Assembly (NCBI GenBank): GCA_030141605.1
Contig: JAQGDQ010000433.1
Span: 1 to 64,000, forward strand
Reading direction: 5' to 3'
Source of the DNA: Tubiluchus corallicola
Lineage: Eukaryota > Animalia > Priapulida
Length of the DNA stretch: 64,000 nt
Numbering within the stretch: the first letter of the stretch is position 1; the number at the start of each line of letters is the position of its first letter. Shown here in pieces: positions 35,476 to 64,000 of this stretch. A program made the position numbers and the translations under genes. The notes under the pieces were generated by a model that was not told the origin of the DNA, did no database searches, and saw only the letters and a program-made list of their open reading frames with translations.

Positions 35476-36363
35476 TTACCACAACGACTTATTATAGTTA
35501 AACATTTCAAAATCCAATGCGTACATTCGTCTAATTTTTGCCAGTACGTCGCTTGACACTGTTTTATAGTAGCGATTCATTAATGACTTGGTTGAGTTGC
35601 CAACGTATTTCGTTTCTTCTTTACCTGGATAATGGACAAACTTATCCAATCCTGTCAAATGTAATACTTGATCTGCTTCGTTGTCAATATTAGCATAATT
35701 GCCTATGAAGTCATAATTTACTACGCAGGGGTTACACAAGTCCACATAGCGAGCCCAATGCTCATTATGTCCTTCCCGCCTGGCTCTTTCCAATTCTGGA
35801 TCGTTGTAAGACATTGGATGACTGACGTACTGAAGAAATTCTTCAAATGTTACATTACGACCCGTCTTGAGTTCCTTTCTTGTGGCATTGGGACGAAAAG
35901 TTTTGATAATTAATCTCCCGTAAGTGTTCGAATATGCTGGATTTCGTTCCTCAAACTTGTTCAAGTATGCCGACAGAAGGCGCTCGTATGGGTTCCTAAC
36001 AAAGAGGAATTTAAAGTAGCTACTAAGTCGGCGCTCCTGCTCTTTTGCTGGAAATTGCGCCAGAACCTTCCACTCAGTTTGGTAATGGATCTGGTAGCTT
36101 CCAATTTTGGCTGGGTTCTTGGGCGGATTTGATCGAAGTGCCACGAAGACACGCTTCCAGTTAGTACAGGCGACTTTCGGAATGTAACAAAAGAGCATCT
36201 TTAGATTGTCATCGACGATGACGTTAAACAGGAAACGCCATTGTTCAGCAGAACTGCGTTCTGTGTAGTCCATGTTGTAAGCTCCATTTTTATGAGCGTC
36301 GCATACCTTTCTCACGTGGTTCAAACGTTCTTGCTGTACACTTGATGACGTCATCTCTAGCAC
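35476..36363 (-). CDS. Carbohydrate sulfotransferase (Sulfotransfer_2; CHST8-14/HNK-1ST family), catalytic exon B
   Basis: 5'-PSB motif CYIPKVACTNWKR, 3'-PB motif FVRNPYERLLSAY, HW..Y..LCNPC, YDFIG, Y..DFEMFNY. Phase-0 acceptor TCTCTTAAAG at 36364; no transmembrane segment in this exon. Confidence 0.9.
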   Translation of the reverse strand: MLEMTSSSVQQERLNHVRKVCDAHKNGAYNMDYTERSSAEQWRFLFNVIVDDNLKMLFCYIPKVACTNWKRVFVALRSNPPKNPAKIGSYQIHYQTEWKVLAQFPAKEQERRLSSYFKFLFVRNPYERLLSAYLNKFEERNPAYSNTYGRLIIKTFRPNATRKELKTGRNVTFEEFLQYVSHPMSYNDPELERARREGHNEHWARYVDLCNPCVVNYDFIGNYANIDNEADQVLHLTGLDKFVHYPGKEETKYVGNSTKSLMNRYYKTVSSDVLAKIRRMYALDFEMFNYNKSLW

Positions 36364-36378
36364 CTTTAAGAGACAAAT

Positions 36379-37120
36379 AGTCCAGTCAAATTAGCCCAAA
36401 AAATGAATGATACGGACAGAAATATGGTATGGCCGAAATTTTGCACATGCACTCAGAAAGCCGACAAGAACAACATATTAAAAGTCTCCATAAATCAATT
36501 ATGGGGCTTTAAATTCAAAATGGCCGCCAATGCAGCGTTATTCAAAATAGCTCAACTAGGTGGATTTAAAGACGGCATTCATGTATTACCAGCTGATATA
36601 AACATGCATATGGTCTATAGGAAAATGTTGTTTCAAGGTCATTCAAAATGGCCGCATTTGCAATCATTTGTCGAAATAACTCAACTAGTTGTTTTTAAGT
36701 GTACTCAGGCTGTGAGAAAAACACTTTCAAAGTCAAAACACTTACTAACACCATTGATACTAAATATAATATCAATATTATTTTCGAACAACAACATTAT
36801 TTTTGCCGTTTAGTTGAGTTATTCTGATGTTAATGATGTGCTAGCGGCCATCTTGAATGACTTTGAAACACCATTATCTGATAGGCCATATACATGTTTA
36901 CATCAGCTGGTACTACATTTATGCCGTCTTAAAAGTCACTTAGTTGATCTGTTCTGACTTTGGCGGACATTTTGAATTTGAAGCCACATAACTTTTTCCA
37001 TTCCAGGGTAGATTTATCGGCATTTTTAATATGTTGTACTGGACGATTTTTTGGGTGTTTGTGCAAAAATTCAGCCATACCATATACTTGTCCGAGTCAA
37101 ACCTTATTTTGGCAGGACTA
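36379..37120 (+). mobile_element. Foldback/MITE family B, complete copy with long imperfect TIRs
   Basis: TAGTCCAGTCAAA ... TTTGGCAGGACTA ends; inverted pairs ATATGGTATGGCCGAAATTTTGCAC / GTGCAAAAATTCAGCCATACCATAT and AATTCAAAATGGCCGCCAA / TTGGCGGACATTTTGAATT. Confidence 0.8.
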
Positions 37121-38029
37121 AAATCGTCTACTCAGTTTATCAATTTTTATATACTGGAACTAAAACTAGGGCCCCGTGCACACGCTCCATGTAAAACTGA
37201 TTTAAACATACCTGCAGTCAACTATCTCACGACAGTGGCTAAATAACTTGGGGATGGTATACATAGAAAAACGACATTACAAAAACCATTGACTTTGAAA
37301 TGATTTTGAAAGATTTCTCGGATAAACAAGCTAGAAAAGTCTTTTTTAGAAGGCCGCCTGTGAACAAACAGTATGTCAGTCAGTAATTATCTAGAATTGT
37401 AATAAAATTGGCATTAAGACTTTCATATTGTGGCTAACTCAAGCTTAAGATGGAGTCTCAAGTTTCAAAGCCTTTTAGCTAACATTGGAGTACCACAGGA
37501 AGCAAAAATATCAATCTTCAGCTTTTGCAGGGCGGAGGGCCCCACTAACAATGTTCTAATTGTGCCCTGCTCTTCCTAGCGCCGCCCCTGCAAGTTGATC
37601 TTAGACACGCTATGTAAGAATGGAAGCACGGAAAATGAATTTCACTTCAATAGGCAATGCAATGTTTATTGTCAAGAAATGACTGCGTTCTTAAATCAAA
37701 TATCAGATTTTTTTTCCAGAATTCCCATCTAAGTGTAATATTAATAAGTTTATATTTTTAAACAAAAGTGGAGATGTAGAAGTTAAGAAATTGTTGATTA
37801 ACTATGTGCATAAGATTTCAGCTAAACGCCATTCTATAAAAGAGATGAAAATTAATTTTGCTAAAAATTTACGTAAACTGTTCAGCCCACACTGCGATAT
37901 GCATAAGAATGTGTTTGTTATAAATTATTGTATCTTTACATCAACTACGGTTAAATATCGTGTTGTTTATTTAAATTTCTGATTTGTCGACTGCATTTAA
38001 TTGGATTTGTATTAATGAAATAAAGCGAT

Positions 38030-38048
38030 ATCATCATCATCGTCATCG

Positions 38049-38107
<59 letters not shown>

Positions 38108-38118
38108 GTCATCTTTAA

Positions 38119-38182
<64 letters not shown>
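38030..38182. repeat. (TCA)n and (TTA)n microsatellites
   Basis: Direct inspection. Confidence 0.95.
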
Positions 38183-38184
<2 letters not shown>

Positions 38185-39749
38185 GGCTTTTCGATAACAA
38201 GTTAATGGATTACAGATGTGCTGTTCGAGTTTGGGTTGCTGTTGTTTTTACTTTAGGGACATTTTACACAATATGTCCTTCAATTTTCGATTAATAAGTT
38301 TATTGTGCGTTTTGTAGGAAAGCAGGAGGTCTTGTCTTTCCAAAACTTGCTACGAGTTACTCTGTGACAGTAAGCGCGAGTTGACACTCACTTCTCTATT
38401 CATTGCCAGAAGTGTCGAGATTAACTCACCGAGACGTTCACACCACCGCAACTGTCTGAGAGTTTGAAATAACCGCCGACAGTAACTCACAAAGCAGTTC
38501 ACATTTGCAAATTTGCTATCAGAGAGAAAACTCGCTGGTCTGAACGCGCCCGTAAAGAGTATACGGTTGACTGAAATAATGGCAGTTAACATGGAAATTC
38601 TATAAAATCATTATTTTTATTTTATACGTGAAACTAACAAAGTCAACGAAAGATAACTATATTTTTCCATAGGCAGATATATTTGTATTTCTCAACATAT
38701 TATGGTCTAAAAGCAAAGCAAGTGAAAGAAAAGTAACGAGTTATAAAATTTTATTATTGTATAGTTAACCTAAAAAGTATGTACACATAATTAGTTTTAA
38801 TTATATACATATACAAAGTGTAACGTAAAATGATAATTTGAGCATTCGTGACAATTTGAGCACTCATTTTTATCACAGGTACAAGCTTATTCGTCAATCA
38901 TAAAATTAACTGTTATTATCATTTTCTTAACAGCATAACAGTTAATACAAAAAACGATTTTTCTGACACTTGAGATTTGCGAATTCAAACACATCAACAA
39001 TTACACGAGATAAGTTAGGTTTAAAGAAAAATCTGTAAATATTATTATTAAAATGGTAACGAGTACGTATACTGTTATTTAAAATAAAAATAGGGTTAAG
39101 AAACAATTTTTTATTTTTTATTTATTTAATTTTCACATCAGTGTAACACTACAGAACAATGTACAATAAATAAAATAACCAAAATAATAAAATAATTAAC
39201 ATCAAATCACAAAAAATTACGTAGGTCGTACATATTGTACTGCAGAACGCCGAAGAAGCTGAGAGCTTGTAAAAACTTTCTGGAAATGTGAAAAAGAGAA
39301 GAAAAGAGGTAATAGTAGCAATAAACGGTGGGGAAAGTAATGTGGAGATCGATGGGGTGTATTGCGGAAAGAACTATATTCTTAAATGATAAGTACAACA
39401 TATAAAGACATAGACAAAGATAGACATAAACTACAATTAATGTTTGCTAATTTGACAATTGACAAATGTTATACGTTACGTACATATAGTATATATTAAC
39501 AAAATAAACAAACCATAAGACATAGACAATGATAGACATAAATTAACCTAATTGTAGATTGCCCATGAATATGAACAACAATTTTGGTCAAAAAAGTTTA
39601 AAATTGAAGGGGAAGAAATAGGAATTTCAAGTATATCCCAAAGAATGTTCCATTTAAAGTTATAATACAGAGTATTGCGCTCATCTGTTTGCAAGAATTT
39701 TGTAACTGGCAAAGAAAATTCTCAATAATTTAAAATATTCGCGCCACCT

Positions 39750-40095
39750 GGTAAAACGTCAATGACTCAATCTTCCCAGTGTACACCACTGATTCACCAA
39801 AAAACGCGTTAATGACCTTGCTGATAATATGAAATAATTTACGCTTTTGCTTAGTTTGTGAGGTGTGTGCTACGAATGCTCTGATTATTTTTTCAAACTT
39901 TACACAATGTTATCTAAACTTGTTTCAAACGACTTACCGTTAAAATGGCTGCGCCTAACAGTCATTACGGGAGTTTAGATGTACATGTTTTATACAGCGT
40001 TACTGCCGACGCCAGCCCTGCATTATGTAAGTGGTATGAAATTTCAAGACGAATTTTTAAGCTTTATGTAAGTTTAGGGTTTTCTTGTGCTTTAA
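39750..40095 (+). mobile_element. Kolobok-like element, 3' half
   Basis: Matches 32215-32528; ends TTTTCTTGTGCTTTAA. Confidence 0.65.
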
Positions 40096-40229
40096 ATTTC
40101 CACGGAGCCATTTATACATGGTTACTGACATTATACGCCCTGTGTACAATAAGACAGCATATAAGTGATGAAAAATTTCAAGACGAATTTACTTATTTAT
40201 GAAGAGTATTTTCTTGTTGCTTCAAGTTT

Positions 40230-44930
<4,701 letters not shown>

Positions 44931-46807
44931 GATTTGCCATGGATCACAGTCTGCACATTGTCACTCCGATCTGTCACACAAAACGGCTAAATCCGAAAAT
45001 CACGTAAAACTGAACACCGTCAAGGCCACAACTTTATCACAAACGTCACATGTATTCGTTGCTGGCCTCCTTCTGCTTCGCATTTTGACATCTTTACACG
45101 TAACAAGCAAACCAAGTGTACATATCGTATGTCTCATTTGCAGACAAAATTGCTGGTAAATGCAACCATGCGCGGCACAAGGGAATTTGCACTGTATAGG
45201 GAATGCAAGTGGGTCGGTAGTTTGAGAATGAACAAGGCGAGCTTGCCGAGGCTAAAAGTACTAGTACGCAGTATTTAAAATAGGTAGCGCCACCGTTCAC
45301 TGCGTTGCAGGGTGGTTTCATTGTACTATGAAGATGACAGCTTTTGACGATAACCCTATACAGTTGCACTAGCAATAGATAAAAGAGAGGTAAAGTAATA
45401 GTAAAAGAATCACACGATTCTAATTCTCTTTTGCTTTATTTCTTAAACCATTTCTTGAGTTTCAATATCGAATTATTAGTACAATTTGTTAATTATCTTT
45501 TTTACAAATAGTCCTGATATTATCTTTTATTTGTATACTTTTGTATAACTAACAGGATGATGTACATTGATGATAATTGTTTCTGGTATTGCTTCCGTAC
45601 TCTGTGGTCGTTATATTCCAGTTTTAACTGTTAACTAATAAATTATTTGTGTTTTTGAGCTGACTATCTATGTAACTATATTCTTGACAACTACTTGTAT
45701 AAACCTGTTCTCAACTAAAATGTATTTGTTACACAGTGGAAAAACTCCGATCAATAAATATCACTGTATGTTAGTCAACTTAAAATGAATGAAGTTTATA
45801 TATATTATAGTCTGCAGTTTGATTACTTGTATTTACATGCTACAATGATATGTTACTTTATGACCTTCAAAATTCAAGTTCACTAGTTCAGTCCCTTTTT
45901 ATTTTTTTCTGTGGTTGTGTCTAGTATTTACAGACGTTTGATGTTTCGTCAATATTTCCATAGATATATATTCTCAAAAATAAAAATCAAACATGTCACA
46001 TGAGTACAGTTTTGAAACTCTTAACAAGAACTGCATCAGTTTGATAATTAACAGACAATATAACAAATTTTGTTAAAAAATTATCAAGAAAACCAACGTT
46101 TCCACTACATTAAATGGCGGGGCGGCTATGTGCCATAAATGTGAACAATTGTGCACTTTGTGTATGGTTTTTTCAATTTGACATGCTGTTATACAAGAAC
46201 GTAAGGATTCTAAAAATCATCGTAAGCAAGTTCGAAGCGACCTCTGGTGGCCTGTTTTCACAAAATTCAATATGGTCGCTAACGAGAGACTATTTTTTAA
46301 ATCTCGCGTCCTGTTTGAATTAGATCTTTGTATAAATATGTAATAGTTTAGATTTTTGGAATGAAAAGTCATTTACAGTGCAAGTTTTGCTTTTCTAAAT
46401 AGTTTTTGAAGCCACTAGTCAATTTTCGAAATAAATTTACGTTGAATAAGCAGAATTTGGTAACTTAAGAGAATACTAAACAGTAAACTGATAGGATGTT
46501 ACTCATTCAAACAACACAAACAATGGGCAGCATTAATGCAAAAATTGCGAATGCAGAACTGGCACATAGGATAATAACACAATTACCAAAATGAATGTAA
46601 ATGAGTCGGATATGTCCAGTTTTTCATTGATATCAGACAAGTTTTCACATTTAAGATGTGTTAAAGATACAAGTAAACAAAATTGCAAATCTTGGATTTA
46701 TTCACTACTAAACAACTGATATCAATTTTTGTCGATTTGTAGTCTGCAGGCTGTATATCAAGTACAGTTGTTGCTTACTGAGCTAAAAGGTTGCCAAATT
46801 ATTTTTC

Positions 46808-47190
46808 TGTTGATCCTGTATTCCAAAACGTATACTCTAGTTTCCCCATGATTTTTATACCATTTTTGCTGATCCTCTATTCCAAACCTTATGCTCTAGT
46901 TTCTCCATGATTTTTATACCATTTTTTGCTGATCCTGTATTCCAAAACTTGTGCTCTAGTTTCCCCATGATTTTTATACCACTTTTTTGCTGATCCTGTA
47001 TTCCGAAACCTATGCTCTGGTTTCCCCATGATTTTATACCATTTTTTGCTGATCCTGTATCCCAAAACGTATGCTCTGGTTTCCCCATGATTTTTGTACC
47101 ATTTTTTTGCTGACCCTGTATTCCAAAACTTATGCTCTAGTTTCCCCATGATTTTTGTACCATTTTTTTGCTGATCCTGTATTCCAAAAC

Positions 47191-47200
<10 letters not shown>
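46808..47200. repeat. About 60-bp minisatellite overlapping the EndoU stop codon and 3' UTR
   Basis: Unit TGATCCTGTATTCCAAAACTTATGCTCTAGTTTCCCCATGATTTTTATACCATTTTTTGC, about 6.5 copies. Confidence 0.95.
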
Positions 47201-53875
<6,675 letters not shown>

Positions 53876-54662
53876 TATTCTCACGAATGCCAATAAAATG
53901 TGCAGAAGAAACATATACTTATGTCCAATAATTATGCACACTACTTTGTGACTATTACATCTTTGTGTATAGACTTACACATTTACACATGAACTGTAAC
54001 CCGAGGTATACGAAAAATATTTAAAGTATCAGCGTTTAATCTTATCTCAGAAAATACGCTGAATACCGTACAGTTTACACAAACACATTTTCTTCAGACG
54101 TGTACTTTACCTATGGAAGAAGAAAGTATGCGTGCGCTAAGGAGAAATTTGATGAGTCTCTCAGTAGGGATCTGCCCTGGGCTCTTTGTTTAAGATATGC
54201 CCTTTCTGATGTTGATATTAATGCTATCAAATGTTGCAATCGCGATGATTAGGATTAAGTTATCATCAAAAAGACAGCAGGTGAAGGAAGACAAGGATAA
54301 CAAAATCAACTACTCTGAAATGTTTCAATGTTTTCTGACTATAATCAACGGTTATTTTAAATAACTTGATAGTGGGTAGTAGGTTAGTTCTTTATTTACT
54401 TGTAAAGAGCAGTTGGACATGTCAAAGCGACCACGTTAGCCTTGTAAATTCTTATGTAAGCAAGTGAACCTGGATAAACTAAGCTGGGAAAACAAAATAT
54501 ATGAACAGCTGCTCAATTTAGCCAATAATATCTGATTTTTGCACGAGCCAGTAATAACTATTGTATGCAATATAAAAGAGCTGTGAGTACCAACTTTCGT
54601 ATCTATGTCATGGCGTAAAGTTCATCATTATGAGTGCGTTTGTGCGCTATATAATGTACTCT

Positions 54663-55210
<548 letters not shown>

Positions 55211-56045
55211 AACATGCATGGTGTAAGTACCCCAGATAAATGCAACGAAAAAATTATTTTGACAATAATTTTGACAATAATTTTTCTCAAAATGTTTATT
55301 TCTCAACAATGGCAGCAAATTTATTATATTGTTTCGATTTAAATACAACCTAATTACACTTACTATTGTTTACAAATAAGATTATTTTGTCTTTTTCTAC
55401 TGTAAATTTTTATAATTAAGAAAACAAAACGCTATACGAGGCTCTGCCATCAACTGATCTTCCTAAGCGAAACTGTTACTGCATCTAGTAACGCCTTCCT
55501 TAGACACCAGAAAAGAAAGATTTTTTGCTTTTGTATCACGTGACAGATGTTATAATTTAAAAAGCCGAAAAAATTTTGCTTGCATTGACGATACTGCAAT
55601 GCTTTAGTAAGGTTGGAGCTTCTAATATCGTCGTCGTCATCATCATCATAATCATCGTCATCATTATCATTATAGTCGTCGTCATCGTCATCATCATCGT
55701 CGCCGCCATCGTCATCGTCATCATTGTTATCATAATCATCGCCATCATCATAAATATATTATTGTATTTGTCATATTTGTTATTGTAGTTAACGCCACTA
55801 GTATTGATATCGTGATCTTTTCTTTGCTGAATAAGTTTAACTTTCACTTTTGAGCTACGAACTAATTTACTTTCTCAATATCAGTGCAGGTCAGTAATGC
55901 TAGAAGCAAAGTGCGCCTGCGCAAAGCTGGCTTCAGTAGAGTATGCATTCAATACTCCATGGTAATAACTACAATAAAGTTAGCATAGCAGACAACGTGT
56001 AATGAGACACAAGAAATATTGTATGTTAACGTGTGGCACTTTAAA

Positions 56046-61446
<5,401 letters not shown>

Positions 61447-61467
61447 GTATCCATCTTTGATTTATTA

Positions 61468-61910
61468 TGTGCATGGTGCGTCATTTAGTTTAAAGGAAAA
61501 GACAAGAAAATTTACTACATGCACGATGCGCCATTTCGTTTAAAGGAGAAGACAAGAATATTTCTTTGAGCTTATACATGCATGGTGCGTCATTTAGTTT
61601 AAAGGAGAAGACAAGTATATTTCTTTGAGTTTATACATGCATGGTGCGTCATTTAGTTTCAAGGAGAAGACAAGTATATTTCTTTGAGTTAATACATATA
61701 TGGTGCGTCATTGAGTTTAAAGGAGAAGACAAGTATATTTCTTTGAGTTAATACATATATGGTGCGCCATTTAGTTTAAAGGAGAAGACAAGTATATGTC
61801 TTTGAGTTTATACATGCATGGTGCGTCATTTAGTTTAAAGGAGAAGACAAGTATATGTCTTTGAGTTAATACATGCATGGTGCGTTATTTAGTTTAAGGG
61901 GAAGACAAGT
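61468..61910. repeat. About 59-bp minisatellite
   Basis: Unit ATGCATGGTGCGTCATTTAGTTTAAAGGAGAAGACAAGTATATTTCTTTGAGTTTATAC, about 7.5 copies. Confidence 0.95.
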
Positions 61911-62332
61911 CAGCTGTCGTCAGTGGTACACTATACAAAACAATAACCAGTTATATAGGCAGAGTCCACCGTATAGAAAATTGAGTACTAATTACGTTTT
62001 TATAAAGGAGCCAAAGCAATGAATAAACAGACCTGTAGAAAAGAAATAGATACAGTAACAGATAGCTAAGTGGTTGAAAATAAAATTAATGGAATTGAAC
62101 TACTTTGCACATTAAGAGAAGGCTTATCAGGGTGCATAGATGAACTTTCTTTTATTAATAAGTTCCAGTTTTTCGTAGCTCTGGTCACAATGCTGAAATT
62201 ATTCAAATCAGCTTTGTGGCCAGAGGCACAAATATAGTCATTAATACTGGATTGAAGAGAATTTTTTAATTTCTTGCCATTTCTAAATGAAATACCGAGC
62301 TGTTCATATATTCTTATTTTAAAGTGCTTCAC
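61911..62332 (-). mobile_element. Penelope-like retroelement 3' fragment (GIY-YIG C-terminal region plus truncated pLTR)
   Basis: HFKIRIYEQLGIS..SSI..GH..NFSIV..LLIKES..KPSLN..SIPLILF is typical of the PLE endonuclease C-terminus; followed by TACCA-CTGACGA (start of a hammerhead core) at 61928-61917. Confidence 0.75.
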
Positions 62333-62741
62333 ATTATCTTACTTTAAAGTATATTAATTTTGCTTGTAAAAAAAATTCTAAATAATTTAAACTGTTTATG
62401 CCAACTGGTAAGATTATATATATATGTATAACCTTTATTTGCCATTAAAATACATTGATAATCAGTGAATAAAAACTTTACAAAGATGATCGATCAGTGT
62501 TACTTAATAAAAACTTACACTACTAAAGGCAAATGCGTAAGTTCAATCTAAACTAACTGTGCAGTAATGGAAAGTAACGACGAATAAAAATAAAACGTAT
62601 TTACAACTATTCACAAAAAAATAAAAATTATGATTTAATTAATATGGTCGTGGGTACAGAAATTCTGAATTAGTGTGTATGTTGTCGTGCTGGTGCGATG
62701 GCATTTCACAGCTGGTTAATATTAATAGTTTTAATTTTGTT

Positions 62742-63200
62742 TTAAATGCTGATAGGAACCTGATTTTTTAAGCTGTAATAGTAGGAATTCCAAAATAGAA
62801 TTGCTTGCTTAATTACAGAGTTCGTTCCATAGTTGTTATTTGTCCTAATTTGTCTTAGATTATTTGTTCTGGAATTAACGATGGGATTTGGAAAAAAGCT
62901 AAATCTGTTATTTTGAAATGGTTTGTTGATGTTGTTAATGTATTTAAATATAATAAGTAAAGTAAAATATTCTTTGTGTGCTTTAATGATTGGAAGTTTT
63001 AAAGTTTTTCTTAGGATAGTTGTTGAACCTTTCAATATTTGTCTTCCTGTCTTATGTTTGTATGAGTACCCAGCTATCAATCTCGACTGTGCACCACTAA
63101 CTAACCATTTGACGCAATTGACATTATTAATCCTATTGACAACGTCAAATAAGTTAAACTTTTGCTTAACTAGTGAAGAGTAATTTAAGATTGCTTTGAT
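62742..63200 (-). mobile_element. Non-LTR retrotransposon (CR1/L2-like) ORF2 3' fragment
   Basis: LKLPII..FKYINN..NSRTNNLRQIRTNNNYGTNSVIKQAILFWNS resembles a LINE ORF2 terminus. Confidence 0.6.
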
Positions 63201-63439
63201 TATTTTTCCAACTTTACGCAATATTGTCTGAACTTGTTTAAAACGAATTACTGCTAAAACAGTCTTCGCGGGAGTTTAACTTTCAAGGTTTATGTAGCGT
63301 TGCTGCTATCGCAAGACCTGTATGCGGTAAGATAGCATGTCGGTGATACAAAATTTCAATCTTCAATTTAAAATTTGCCGAATTTTTGTATATCACACTG
63401 AATGTTGTACAATATCACTTTACTTCAATTTGCACTTTT

Positions 63440-63770
63440 GCAAACACGTGCAACACGCTCATGGAATGTTTGTGCTGCTGAAAATTATGTTAGTTTGTGA
63501 TGTCGTCACTAGATGGGCTCGCGCAAACACGTGTAACACGCTCATGGAATGTTTGTGCTGTTGAAAACAATGTTCAGCTGTGACCTCCTCACTAGATGGG
63601 CTCGCGCAAACACGTGTAACACGCTCATGGAATGTTTGTGCTGTTTAAAAAATGTTCAGCTGTGACGTTATCACTAGATGGGCTCGCGCAAACACGTGTA
63701 ACACGCTCGTGGAATGTTTGTGCTGTTGAAAACAATGTTCAGCTGTGAAGTCATCATTAGATGGCCTCGC
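63440..63770. repeat. About 83-bp tandem repeat, 4 copies
   Basis: GCAAACACGTGTAACACGCTCATGGAATGTTTGTGCTG...CACTAGATGGGCTCGC repeated. Confidence 0.9.
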
Positions 63771-64000
63771 CTGCTGTTAAATTTAGTTTTTAATCTGTTA
63801 TTTAATGATAAGAAACGCTTTGGCATTATTATAGGTGTTAACATGTATACAATTTGCCGTACTTCAAAATGGAGTAGGCCATGAAAAATCATCCTGTTTT
63901 TCTTTAAGCTTTATACGTCAAATGACCGTGAAATGAAATCTTCTCTGCTTCAGTTTTTCTTTACGCAACGGGCTTCCATTTATTGATATCGATCAAAATC

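Noticed and set aside
36403-36813. 136-aa ORF (and the related ORF 33962-34198)
   Set aside because: It lies inside a repeated foldback element, and the frame is not preserved between copies.
39738-39758. CTCF-like motif CCAGGTGGCGC between the two catalytic exons (also at about 52355)
   Set aside because: Short motif at a transposon boundary; cannot be distinguished from chance without ChIP data.
54111-54315. Exon-like block upstream of EndoU as a coding exon
   Set aside because: In-frame stop and no usable ATG in the frame compatible with downstream exons; at most a UTR exon.

Overview
AT-rich, intron-containing genomic DNA of a metazoan (probably an invertebrate); no prokaryotic features. 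I reconstructed seven protein-coding loci by hand from GT/AG junctions and reading frames: ADCK5-like atypical kinase (-, runs off the 5' edge), a two-exon class A GPCR (+), a DHRS4-like SDR with an intronless CDS (+), an 8-exon secreted pentraxin with N- and C-terminal extensions (+), a carbohydrate sulfotransferase locus (-), a 6-exon signal-peptide-bearing EndoU ribonuclease (-), and the first two exons of a natriuretic-peptide-receptor-like protein (+). Introns and spacers contain MITEs and non-autonomous DNA transposons (including a TTAA-flanked Kolobok-like family in about 8 copies), a tRNA-derived SINE, LINE and Penelope fragments, minisatellites and microsatellites. The two most notable observations are: (1) one set of membrane-anchor exons appears to serve two alternative phase-0 sulfotransferase catalytic exons; (2) Penelope-type hammerhead ribozyme motifs are present, including an inverted pair forming a long hairpin in the sulfotransferase intron. 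All gene models are manual and have not been checked against transcripts or databases.
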